A DNA stretch of 64,000 nt from Octopus vulgaris (GCA_951406725.2 OX597832.1:29450001-29514000), one strand, 5' to 3'. Shown: positions 25,947 to 38,400, numbered from the stretch's first letter. Made by a program: numbers and translations. The notes: generated by a model not told the origin, from the sequence alone.

Positions 25947-26723
25947 ACCAGATTAAATGATTATGCAGATTAACTATTCTCAACAACTTTGTTAACGTTT
26001 AAAGAAAAGGGGATAAGATTAAAAAGAAAGAGGGAGAGAGAGAGAGAGAGAGAAATTGCAAGACAAAGCTAAGGGAGACAGTCATGAAGGCCTCCCAATC
26101 TGTTGAGTTAATTACTGAATGATGTTAATGAATACATAATTAAAGGGAAAATTCTTCTTATCCTTCTAATTTCCTGCTCATTAAATACTAAAATACTAGC
26201 CCCTCTTTTTCCCCCCCTGACACCATTGGAGGGAACCCAATGGTAAGTGGGGGGTAACAGGCTCCATGTTATTCAACCTTGAACTCTGAGACTCCCAGGG
26301 ATCACATTATAAACACTGTGTGAAGCTGGTATAATCTCACAATACAATAACAAATCTGAAAGACTATAAGGGGACATATACTATTTTCATTGTTAAACCC
26401 TTAAATATATTCTTATATCAAGAATATTTATTTCATTCAAAAAATTGTCCCTCTAGCTTAATTTTTAAACTGAAACTCCTTCACAGAGTAATTCATGATG
26501 GCTGAGATATTTGCGGCTCAATAGCCCCTTTAGGGAGTACCACTTAACCCCTGAGAGACTTGTACTCAGACAGTCCCTTCCAGCAGTAATATTTAATCCC
26601 TGAGAAACTTGTGTCACATTAACCGTTTTATTGGCCAACAACAATCAAATATACCCCAACTCTATAAATCCCGCACCCAGCTACCCGCTACCCCAACACA
26701 GTCAATTTTTCTCCACTCCCATC

Positions 26724-27060
26724 AACTGTTATTTTGCAGTGCCGGTGGCACGTAAGAGAACCATCCGGACGTGGCCGTTGCCAGCGCCGCCCCAACTGGC
26801 CTCCGTGGCACGTAAAAAGCACCAATCGATCGTGGCCGTTTGCCAGCCTCGTCTGGCACCTGTGCAGGTGGCACATAAAAAGCACCCACTACACTCTCGG
26901 AGTGGTTGGCATTAGGAAGGGCATCCAGCTGTAGAAACACTGCCAGATCAGACTGGAGCCTGGTGCAGCCTCCTGGCTTCCCAGACCCCAGTTGAACCGT
27001 CCAACCCATGCTAGCATGGAAAACGGACGTTAAACGATGATGATGATGATGATGATGATG
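26724..27060 (+). mobile_element. RTE-type LINE 3' UTR fragment (family C) with (GAT)n tail
   Basis: gtggcacgtaaaaagcacc units, ggcattaggaagggcatccagctgtagaaac, ends ggacgttaaac(gat)n. Confidence 0.88.
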
Positions 27061-27061
27061 T

Positions 27062-27610
27062 GTCCACAACAAAGCAAAAATTGCATCACAAAGCCTGATC
27101 TTCCTCTTCAGAGCCATCAGATACTTTGTCCTCCACCATCTCCTGTTGTGAGAACTGGGCTCACAACAGGGGCCATGTTTCTGCTGCCACATATAGTCAT
27201 CCAAGACCCAAAATGGAGATTGTTACATTCTTCATCCCCAATGGGGTACTGACTGCTCCAACATTTGCAGTAAAGTTACAGCTACATGGACAAATATCTG
27301 GGACCACATCCAAAACTGGTCCCTCATAAATACCGTCCAATCCTTGGCCCACAGAATTGCTGTCTCTTTTTACTTTTCTATGGCTATTTTCATGATCTTT
27401 GCTCATTATGGATGGCTGGTCCCATTTCCAATGAGACACTCCTCCTATAGCCATCCCTCCTCCCCTTATATTGTAGAACCCCATTCTCCCCACCAGACAT
27501 CACACTAACCAACACACCCAGTCCTTCTACCACAGAGTGTCATCCCTCCGAGCACATTTAGTTCTAGAAGTCAACTTACAATTGCTTAAACGAAACATTG
27601 ACTGTGGTCT
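27062..27610 (+). mobile_element. Decayed CR1/L2-group LINE ORF2 C-terminal fragment
   Basis: Frameshifted translation AKIASQSLIFLFRAIRYF...YSHPRPKME...QSLAHR...FYGYFHDLCS...SFYHRVSSL follows the AK.AS..L..L.R..YF / Y....RP.MEY / L.HRR / FY.YF.G.CS / SFF.R pattern. Confidence 0.7.
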
Positions 27611-27994
27611 GACCAGAGCCAGGAACTCTACATTGGCCATGGGCACTGGCCCTTCCTCCAGGCCAAAGTAATAAAAAAAAAGATTCCATAATGGATTGAA
27701 ATTTGGATAGTAGCCATTGATGGATCACAACGGGTCTTATTGACCACTGGCTTGCTTGGTGCTTTGCTGCAAGAACAGATGGACACACACACACACAATG
27801 ATGTGTTGCTGTGTGTGTGTGTGTGTGCGTGTGTATGTGTGTGTGTGCATGCGTGTGTGTGTGAGTCTCTTGCAGCCTCTCCTTTCACACACACACAACC
27901 ATGTATCTACCAATCTATCTGTGTGTGTGTGTGAATGAAGAGAGAAAGGGTGAAAATAGATAACCATCAGGCAACTGCCATTTAGATGCAGCAT

Positions 27995-28044
27995 AAAGAG
28001 AGAGAGGGGGGGAGCAAGAGAGAGAGAGCAAGAGAGAGAGATAA

Positions 28045-28075
<31 letters not shown>

Positions 28076-28093
28076 GAAGAGAGAGAGAGGAAG

Positions 28094-28155
<62 letters not shown>

Positions 28156-28168
28156 TGAGAGAGGAAGA

Positions 28169-28201
<33 letters not shown>

Positions 28202-28242
28202 GGTAAAGAAAAAGAACAATTAATTATGAGAGAGAGAGAGAG
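27995..28242. repeat. (GA)n purine tract
   Basis: Direct inspection. Confidence 0.95.
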
Positions 28243-28849
28243 GCTACCAACTCTGTTTCTCTCCTATTATTCACCCTTGTTATATCAACTCTGTTTCTCC
28301 CATTTATAGGGGTAGGTATCAGAGAGGAGGTGGAGGCGGGGAGGGGCTCACAAAACCCAGTAATTTCAGGTATTACAGGGATCTGAACCTCTACCAAATC
28401 CGCACGCCCATGACTCAACCGACCCACCCCCAACCCCACCCTCCCCGCCGTTCCCCTTCCGGGGGCCCCGTATATATCCCTTGAGCACGCACATGTTTGA
28501 GAAACAATTTACTATATGGGTACCCCAAAACAATGGGATCATGTAGCTTACATTAGAGAGATACCCCAGGAGGAGGAGGAGGAAGAGGAGGAGGAAGAGG
28601 AGGAGGAAGAGGAGGAGCTGATGAGTCAGAGAAATGGATGGAAGAGACTTGCATTAAATATGCAAACATTGGCAAAATAGTTTCTCCCCTGTCAGGAGAG
28701 AGTGAAGTGATGAGTCTCGCCTAAGGCATCGGTTGTTCTTTTCACTCAGTCAGCTTGTTAAGTCATTCAACAACAACTACTACTCCTACACACACACACA
28801 CACAAACATATTTGCACATAAAAAAAAAACAGGCACTTCACGTGCTTTT

Positions 28850-28862
28850 ATATATATGTATG

Positions 28863-28899
<37 letters not shown>

Positions 28900-29167
28900 A
28901 CCATTCTCTTCCTACACACACACACATATATATGCATATATATATATATATATATATATGTACATAAACATATACATACATACACATACATACATACACA
29001 CATATACACATACATACATACACACACATACATACACATACATACATATACATATATACACATACATACATATACATACATATATACACATACATACATA
29101 TACATACATACATACACATACATACATACATATACATACACATACATACATACACACACATACATAC

Positions 29168-29198
<31 letters not shown>

Positions 29199-29290
29199 CA
29201 TACACACACATACATACATATACATATATACACATACATACATATACATACATACATACATAGATATACATACATATACATACATACATA

Positions 29291-29321
<31 letters not shown>

Positions 29322-29355
29322 GCATACATACATATATATATATATATACGTATAT
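28850..29355. repeat. Compound (TA)/(TACA)/(CA) array
   Basis: Direct inspection. Confidence 0.95.
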
Positions 29356-29971
29356 AATGTACACCACTCTCTTCCTCCATGGCCGCCACTCAACACAACA
29401 ATTATTATATAAACTACCCTAGAACACACAAATTAGTTCTATATAAAGAAGTTATTTCTAGCTTGGCTTTAAATCTACAATTTTAAGAGTTGTAACCTCT
29501 CGCAGAACTAGTGTGTCCTGCAACCAAAATATTGTGATATTAAACCAGATGGGTACTATTCAGCTTGGTGTGTGTGTGTATACACATGTATACACACACA
29601 CACACATACAAACACATTCTTCAAAGATGCAAGAATGGCTGAATGTTCTAAAATTCACCTCGGAACCATATAATTTAGAGTTTGTTTCCATTGTATGTGG
29701 TGGGAGGTACCGTTGGCCAGTTTCTTCTGCTACAGCCATAGGCTGACCAATGCCTCGTAAGTGAAATATGAAATGGAAAGAGTAAGACCATCTCCCATGC
29801 ACATATATTGGCACTCCGTCAGTTACAATGGCAAGGGTTCCAATATGGAAATACAAAACCTAAGGACCAACAGCAGGAAACCCTAATTCTCAATAAATAT
29901 GCTCAACTTTACATGTCAAGAATTCTTTTTTTTTACTAATCATTTCTAAACTAAAACATAAATACATAACA

Positions 29972-30338
29972 TATGAGGGTGGGGGGAGTGCCAAAAGGTT
30001 CCTGGCTTTGAGTAAAAGGAAAATACAGGTGGATCAGTTAATTAGGATTTTATTCAACATGTTCCCCTCTCAGATTTACACACCCATTGCAGTGGCCCTT
30101 CAGTTTTTCCAAGCCCTGTAAAAGAACTTGGAAGGTTGGACTTCCAGCCAGGCCTTTTGCGATACCCTCAAAGCCAGGAACTTTATATATATATATATGT
30201 ATATATATGTATGTGTGTGTGTGTGTATACGTACGTACGCATGTACATATGTACAACCTGTAAAAGGACTCGGAAGGTTGGGCCTCCGGCCTGGCCTTTC
30301 ATGATACCCTTAAAGGCACTTTTCAGCACCTCCACCCC
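29972..30338. mobile_element. Tc1/mariner-like MITE with a duplicated right end
   Basis: Left end tatgaggg...aaaaggttcctggcttt is complementary to aaagccaggaacttt (30170-30184); a second copy of the right part at 30257-30338 ends cttttcagcacctc. Confidence 0.65.
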
Positions 30339-30657
30339 AACTCACCTCATACATATATACATACAAATCCATATCCAGAACAAGGGGTAAGCAACTAAAC
30401 TTGAATTCACAAAATTTGAGATTTAGATTTCACCTTCTGATGGGGGTAGATTTAACAATTAGGGTTTGAGGAAAATTATGTGACAACCCTCAGCCCCCAC
30501 TCTGCTCCTACACTTACCCCCTCTCACACACACACACGCCTACCATACATGAAATAATTAGTTCCACAGACTGTATGTATAACCTTGACTCTAACAGATT
30601 CTGCCTGTGGACCTAGAACAACATTATTTTAAAGCAACATGGTACAAGTCATCTACG

Positions 30658-30698
<41 letters not shown>

Positions 30699-30839
30699 GA
30701 GTGATAGGATGTGCTATACAAAGATTTCAATAGGTTACCCACATAAAGACAGATACGCACAAGCATACAGGCATCCATCAAGTAATACGCAGACACATAC
30801 ACACACACAGACACACACTCACAAACACAGACTCCCACA

Positions 30840-31090
30840 AATACAGACATAGCCACACACGCACACACACACACATACAATTAGCCACATATAGACACAC
30901 ACACACACAGACATAATTAACCACATACAGACAGACACACACACAGACATAATTAACCACATATAGACACACACAGACATAATTAACCACACACACACAC
31001 ACACAGACATAATTAACCACATACAGACACACACACACACACACACACAGACATAATTAACCACATATAGACACACACACACACACACAT
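30840..31090. repeat. Minisatellite (cacacagacataattaaccacata), about 6 copies
   Basis: acataattaaccac recurs five times plus one degenerate copy. Confidence 0.9.
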
Positions 31091-31906
31091 TTCTTTCACT
31101 TCTCCAAGACATTATTATAGCTATTTGATGGAAAAACTTTAAAAACAATTACAGCCGAGGAATTGGAAAGCTAACGAGAAGATCTATTTGTATGTAATTA
31201 TCCACATTTGATTTTAAAACTGATGAAAATGATGGAAATGGTGGAGGCGGTGGTGGTGGTGGTGGCTATAATGAAAATGTTAATGATGGCAGTATAAGTG
31301 ATGATGATGATGATGATGAAGATGATGATGGATATTGCTCCACCGTTGCTCTCACCCATCCACTCCCACCCATCTAACAGCACCCGATTTTCAGCAACAG
31401 TATCATGCCTGCTTCTTCGTTTCCTCATTACAGCTGTAATTCCGATAAAATACCCCTATTGCCATGCAGTTTAGACCTTAAATATCTAATGGAGTTGTTG
31501 CAAGAATTCTTTGAACTAATTCTTTCATCTCAGCCAATTTATTGGCACCAAAAGCAATTTTTGTAATTTATCACTTTTTTTTCGTTTTTTTTTTTTTTCT
31601 CTCTCTCTTTTAGTAGTTTTAAAGAATCCCAGTTTTTAAAGAGAACCATTCCGTAGCCAAAATAGTATTCCAACAAAGAACCATTTTGAGTGAGATTCTT
31701 TGTTCTTCACTCATTTCAAGTTGAGGTTAGGAAGTACCATTTAGCGTCTTCTGTGAAATATGGCCACCATTACAAGACATGGCTGTCATTCCTTACCATT
31801 CTTACCATTCAGTGATGACCATTTTCAAAACAGAAAAAGACATCTGAAGAATTGTCAGCCATATTTCTAAGAATACTCAAAATGTTTGTTGTTGTAGTTG
31901 TTGTTA

Positions 31907-32084
31907 TTAAGCAACAAGACGGGTAAGGGTGATTAGGGCTTAGAGGTGGGAGACCCCAGACCTTGGAAAAAGAAACTTTAGTCGTCTTGTTGTAGTCGAG
32001 GGCTCTTCGTTGACGCTCGACACCACTGGGAGGTGAACCTCGAAATCGCTGGAAATGGAGATCTCCAGGTCCAAATTCTTGAAC
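31907..32084. mobile_element. Family F: ~180-190-bp structured, CpG-retaining element between (GTT)n tracts
   Basis: High-identity second copy at 47577-47769; both flanked by gtt repeats. Confidence 0.75.
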
Positions 32085-33347
32085 AGCCGTTGCTGTTGTT
32101 GATGTTGTTGTTTAACCTGTAAGGTCAGCCTTGATGCAACAGTACTGCATATGATCATTGATGTACCAGATCTGACCATCCCAACTTTTCTTCCAACAGA
32201 GTGAAGCTAGGACTATATCATCCAATGTCCTTCACTTTTTCTTTCTAAGACAGAAAGTTGTGATTTGAAGGAGATTTGACTGTTACATCTAGCACATCAA
32301 GTGACTACACAGGTGTTCTATCACTGGTTGACACAAACTGGATCACAAGAGAATCGAACCAAGGATGTATCAAACAAATAACATCTTTGATGCCATCAAA
32401 TTGTGTCCATAACCATACAAACAAGGTTCGTGTAATCCCCAAATGTATGGCACCAATTATTATTATCAAGGTAGGGTATAAAGAGAACCACTACACCTTA
32501 CTAGAAATAGCAGCCAAATCCGCTCCAAAGCAGACATTGCTGTATAGAAAGTAGTTCCAGTTATGACCATCCAAAAAGGTTGAGTGGTTATGGTTGGAAC
32601 ACCTTTGACCGTGTGTCTTTTCAATCAGGGCATCCCTGGGGCTAAACAACAACAGGGGATTCCTATTTCACTCTATAGTATTCACCACACCGCCCACCCT
32701 AAATGAAGCACACATCACTGTCCACCTCAGTCTGCTTGGCTGACAACTTCTATACCCAGAACTGACAATGCCATAGAAAATGAAACCATTCTTTCACACA
32801 ACTGGGACAAAGTGTGCGCAGTTTTTTTTTTAATTAGTATTTCTCAGAAATCTAAGGCCAAACTCCAACCAGATACTTTGTACAAGCATGTGAGAGTTGT
32901 ATGTATACATGTGTGTGTGTGTGTAAATATATATATATACATATATACATAGAGATGCATATATAAATGCATATGTGCATATGTATGTATATGCAAGTAA
33001 GTGTGTGTATGTCTTTATATGTCTGTTTGTATGTGTAAGTCATGTCATAGGAATGTAGAATAGTTTAAGTTTACAATTCCTTTTGGTTGAGAGATAACAG
33101 AAATATAATCAGTAGAAATTACACACACACACATACACACCCTTATGCATAGAAAATGATAGTGTTTATTAGTAATAACACACCATAAGTCACGTTTATC
33201 TTATGTTAAGCAATCATCGGATGACACAATCAACATCATCAACATTTTAACATCCACTTTTCCATGCCTGCATGGGTCAGATGGAATTCATTGAGGCAGA
33301 TTTTCTATGGCCAGAGACCCTTCCTGTTGCCAACTCCCACCTGTCTC

Positions 33348-33961
33348 CATAGGCCCAGGAACAGGGGGTGCAAGGGTGCAAGCGCACCTCTTAAAATTTT
33401 TGTGGGGTGCAAAATCAAAATGTGCACCCCTACTTGAAGGTGCATGGCTCAGTGGTTAGAACGTCGACCTTACAATCGTGAGGTTTTGAGTTTGATTCCC
33501 GGACCGGGCTGATTGTTGTGTTCTTGAGCAAGACACTTTATTTCACGTTGCTCCAGTTCACTCAGCTGTAGAAATGAGTTGCGATATCATGGTGCCACAG
33601 CTGTATCGGCCCCTTCTGCCTTTTCCCTTGGATAACATCAGTTGCATGGAGAAGAGAGGCTGGTATGGATGTGGGACTGCTGGTCTGTCCATAAACAACT
33701 TTGCCCAGACTTTTACCTCGGAGAGTAACTTTCTAGGTGCAATCCCATGGTCATTCATGACCAAAGGGGGTCTCCCAACCCCTATTTAGTTATCCCAGGT
33801 TTAGAAAACAGCGAGTAAAGAGTGATCTGTAAAAAGTAGCTTGAATTAGGTTTCTTCTCCAAGAACAAAGAAATAATAACAAAAAATTACCTCATTTGTA
33901 AAATTTTGGAGGCCTGGGTTCGCACCCCCCACGCCCCACAAATTTCATTCCCGAGCCAGTG
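33348..33961. mobile_element. hAT-like MITE with GGGTGC/GCACCC subterminal motifs
   Basis: Imperfect TIRs cataggcccaggaa / ttcccgagccagtg; 8-bp TSD cctgtctc (33340-33347) / actgtctc (33962-33969); splits a family-C-like retro-tail spanning about 33232-34030. Confidence 0.65.
33436..33788 (+). mobile_element. SINE family D nested in the hAT-like MITE
   Basis: Full D sequence flanked by acccctactt / acccctattt. Confidence 0.9.
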
Positions 33962-34168
33962 ACTGTCTCCAAGTAAACTAACCTTTCCCCTTGGCCAGAT
34001 ATCTGTCCACAGAATACTAAAAATGCATGACACTGTGGCCTGTATGACCATGGACGACAGTGGTGCTTGTATGACAGTGAGACTCATTTACGACTATTAT
34101 GCGATATTAAGACAAAGAGATACAAACACACATACATTCATACAGACATACATACATACATACATACA

Positions 34169-34201
<33 letters not shown>

Positions 34202-34564
34202 GGCAGGCTTCTTTCAGTTTCTATCTACAGATTCACTCACAAGGCTTTGGTCAGCCTGGGGTTATAGCAGAAGACCAAGACGCTTTTAGTTATGATATAT
34301 TGTCACTAACAGACTATATCATTTTATTATATTTCACTCTTCCTCCCCCCTCTCTCTCTCTATATATATATATATACACACATACACACACACACATCAT
34401 CTACTCTTCTTTTGTTTATGTTAACACCTATAACCTATTTTACACACACACACACACACACAGTAATATGTTCCCACACACATTCCATCTCATACACACA
34501 CTATTTTTATGGTATTAATAGATACACACACACACATACAGAGCAATCTTTTTACCCTTTCTTT

Positions 34565-34811
<247 letters not shown>

Positions 34812-35346
34812 TCTATTCAGTAGTGCAATGACCCAGAGATTGTAATTTAAATGAGAAAAAGTGTTAGAATTGCTACAGAAAGCGATTTTGTTCAAATGTC
34901 ATTTTATTGAAGATCCATCAACAGAAAAGAAAAACAAAAAAGAAAAAACAAAAGACAAAAAACAAAAAAAAAAAAAACCTACATAAACTCGAAGCATGCA
35001 AATTATTGCAGCCACATTATCAAAAGGAAAATGTCTCTAAGTGGTCTCTCAAACAGGCAAAAATCACAATCAGATCTAATTCATATTACACCCTGCTGCT
35101 TTAATGAAGATGGGACACATTGGATAATGTAGTCCTAGATATGCAATGCCTGAGAAAACAGTATATTTATGAGCGGAATGCCTTTGATCATGGGTCTACT
35201 CAGTTAGGACTGACCTGGGGCTAAATGACATGAAACTATTAGATAACATTTCTGAGAGTAATTCTTTGGAATTGCTTCAGAATTGCCAACAAATAAAGAA
35301 ATAATGGTTATCGACACCGCCAAAGGAGGAGGAGGAGAAGGATAAT

Positions 35347-35915
35347 TGCCCTGATGCAGTTCCAGGCATTGGCCCTCATGGCTTCTGATCTTAACTGATT
35401 GGAAGTGTCATCATGTACATTGTTTTGTCTTGGTATAAAAGATGGGCTACAGCAAATATTCTGCTCAATACCACAGATCAGCTTGTCAGTTGTTTGACCT
35501 TAACCAGTTGAGCATGTCCCTTAGTGGCTGATGATATGTGCATCTCTGATCACGAGCAGAAGTAGTGGGGGAGCATCATAGCCATGTGTTGAAAGGAATT
35601 CTTTGGGATTTGAATAATTCACCTCTGGAAACATGGGAGTTCTGTTCAACATTTTTAAACAACCCTTATTCAGGGACCGTTTGAGCAGGATGGGCTACTC
35701 CACCTGAAGAAAATTCTAACTGGGCCCCACCTGCAAGGTCATGCACTGTTTATCTTCATATGAGATCACCATATCAAGCACATATGGTTGTGATGCATGT
35801 GCCTGGTGTACCCTCATCAGACAGGTAGTCATGATGGGTATACTGGGCCTCGTATATTTTACCCCAGTGTCACTTTGATGGCATGCACTGCTCTCTCACT
35901 CAATAATAATAATAA
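35347..35915 (+). mobile_element. Probable retroelement 3' region ending in (AAT)n, unclassified
   Basis: Block with higher GC than its flanks, ending ctctcactc(aat)n. Single copy in this window; the family call rests on recollection of octopus repeats. Confidence 0.4.
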
Positions 35916-36503
35916 TTTCTGCTATAGGCACAAACCTGGAAATCTGGGTGGGGGAGAAGGTTAATCGATTACATCAATTCAAGGGGTCAACAGGTACTTA
36001 ATTTAAAGACCCTGAAACGATGAAAGGTAAAGTTGAACTCAGAAGAATTTGAACTTAGAACCTAAAGCTGAAAGAATGTTGCTAAGCGTTTCTTCTAACT
36101 TCATGATTCTGCTAACGATTCTGCCAGTTCATAATTACTGGTTTCGAATTTTGACACAAGGCCAGCAAATTTAAGAAGAAAGGGGTAAGTCAATTACAAG
36201 AACAACACAACCCCCCTCCGTATTCACCTGGTGCTTATTTCATGAACCCCAAAAGGATAAATAATAATAATAATAATAAAAATAACAATAATTTTGTGTG
36301 TGTACTTCAGAAGCATTTTACTGTGCAAAGTAGAATTTCTGTGTGGGCGTTTTGATAAAACACTTCATTTTAATGTGGTCCACTTGACTATCAAACAACA
36401 AGCATCGGTGTTGTTAGTAGGTCATTTACCATTTCAGCCAAACAGTTGAGAATTCATGTCCAGTCACCCCTCGTGTTCTACGTTGTTTACATTAACATAT
36501 ACC

Positions 36504-37102
36504 TATTTCTTTATTGCCCACAAGGGGCTAAACATAGAGAGGACAAACAAGGACAGACAAACGGATTAAGTCGATTACATTGACCCCAGTGCGTAACTGG
36601 TACTTAATTTATTGACCCCGAAAGGATGAAAGGCAAAGTCGACCTCGGCGGAATTTGAACTCAGAATGTAACGGCAGATGAAATACCTATTTCTTTACTA
36701 TCCACAAGGGGCTAAACACAGAGAGGACAAACAAGGACAGACAAACGGATTAAGTCGATTACATTGACCCCAGTGCGTAACTGGTACTTAATTTATTGAC
36801 CCCGAAAGGATGAAAGGCAAAGTCGACCTCGGCAGAATTTGAACTCAGAATGTAACAGCAGATGAAATACCTATTTCTTTACTACCCACAAGGGGCTAAA
36901 CACAGAGAGGACAAACAAGGACAGACAAATGGATTAAGTCGATTATATCGACCCCAGTGCATAACTGATACTTAATTTATCGACCCTGAAAAGATGAAAG
37001 GCAAAGTCGACTTCGGCAGATTTTGAACTCAGAACGTAACGGCAGATGAAATACGGCTACGTATTTCGCCTGGCGTGCTAACGTTTCTGCCAACTCGCCG
37101 CC
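36504..37102 (-). mobile_element. SINE family B trimer (one head plus three tandem ~185-bp bodies) within a 17-bp TSD
   Basis: TSD ttacattaacatatacc at 36487-36503 and 37103-37119; identical internal junctions gatgaaatacc|tatttcttt. Confidence 0.92.
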
Positions 37103-37930
37103 TTACATTAACATATACCATTATCCTAGCTCAGTCAACCTAGCTGTAAATATATACCACACTGAAATTATACTTGACACGAGTACATGAAATGGAAAGA
37201 TACACTTTATCCAGCGGTAAAATGTGACTACTGAGTCATGTGGCCATCACTATATCTACTTCTTGAAACTGTAAATAGGTACCATGAGGAGGTATATGAC
37301 ATCACCGTTCTTCACCTGCCACACTATAAATAGGTATCACACAGAGGTATATAAAGTCCATCATTGAATCTACACCATCAAATTGTACCATAATTCGTCA
37401 CTGTAACTAGTTCATCACATCATCAATATTACCACAAAATCGGTTGGGCATCAGACAAAAAATACCTTTTGGTATTTAGTTACATGCCTTTACATTCTAA
37501 ATTCAAATCCTGCTGAGATCAATGAAGTAACTCACACTCTAGGCCTATAAAATAGTGGACAAGTGCTTGAGATCATTATAATTGACTATATTATCCTTAA
37601 AAAGATTCTGCTCCAACATGACCACCACCACCACCCAATGACTGACATTTGTAAATTAATACTACAAGACTGTATTAATTGCTTTAGAGGCCCCAGAGTA
37701 TATCAGGTAACACAGATGGTTTGTTTACAGTTGTGAGTTCCAGCCTTATCTTGCACAACCGTCAATGACCTCGACAACAATATCCTCTGGTCGTTATGGA
37801 AACGAAACAAAGGACACCTGCTTACAATGACAATACGGTTAAACAATCGATGTCATTAATTAATAATGTAATTAGCGATGCAAATATCTAAATTATGCAA
37901 CAATTTCTAACCAACATTAGCATAAAAAAG

Positions 37931-38400
37931 ATCATCATCGTTTAACATCCGTTTTCCGCGCTAGCACGGGTTGGACGGTTCGACCGGGGTCTGGGAAGCC
38001 AGGAGGCTGCACCAGGCTCCAGTCTGATCTGGCAGTGTTTCTACAGCTGGATGCCCTTCCTAATGCCAACCACTCCGCGAGTGTAGTGGGTACTTTTTAC
38101 GTGCCACCGGCACAGATGCCAGGGGAGTCTGGCAGCAGCCACGATCGGTTGGTGCTTTTAACGTGGCACCAGCACAGAAGCCAGCCAAGGCGACGCTGGC
38201 ATCAGCCACGTTCGGATGGTGCTTTTTACGTGCCACCGACACAGAAGCCAGTCGAGGCAGCGCCGGCATCAGCCACGTTCGGATGGTGCTTTTTATGTGC
38301 CACCGGCACAGAAGCCAGTCGAGGCAGCGCTGGCATCGGCCACGTTCGGATGGTGCTTTTTATGTGCCACCGGCACAGGTATCACAACTACTATTTCCTT
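37931..38400 (-). mobile_element. RTE-type LINE 3' UTR (family C) with an internal ~62-67-bp tandem array
   Basis: Five gtgccacc-type motifs between 38100 and 38375; ggatggtgctttt recurs every 67 bp. Confidence 0.88.

Noticed and set aside
24327-25986. 493-537 aa ORFs, and similar ones at 23774-24117, 28733-29429, 48999-49601 and 58001-58539
   Set aside because: These are translations of (TA)/(TACA)/(CA) arrays, which lack stop codons in most frames; the Y/I/C/M/V/H/T composition is an artefact.
27197-27493. 98-aa minus-strand ORF
   Set aside because: It is the antisense reading of a decayed LINE ORF2 fragment on the + strand.
28618-28640. CTGATGA...GAAA hammerhead-like core (also CTGATGA at 57901)
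   Set aside because: No stem II, III or I pairing, and the 57901 case lacks GAAA.
38095-38380. CRISPR-like 67-bp periodic array with a palindromic core
   Set aside because: The intervening segments are copies of each other, and the array is internal to a retroelement 3' UTR.
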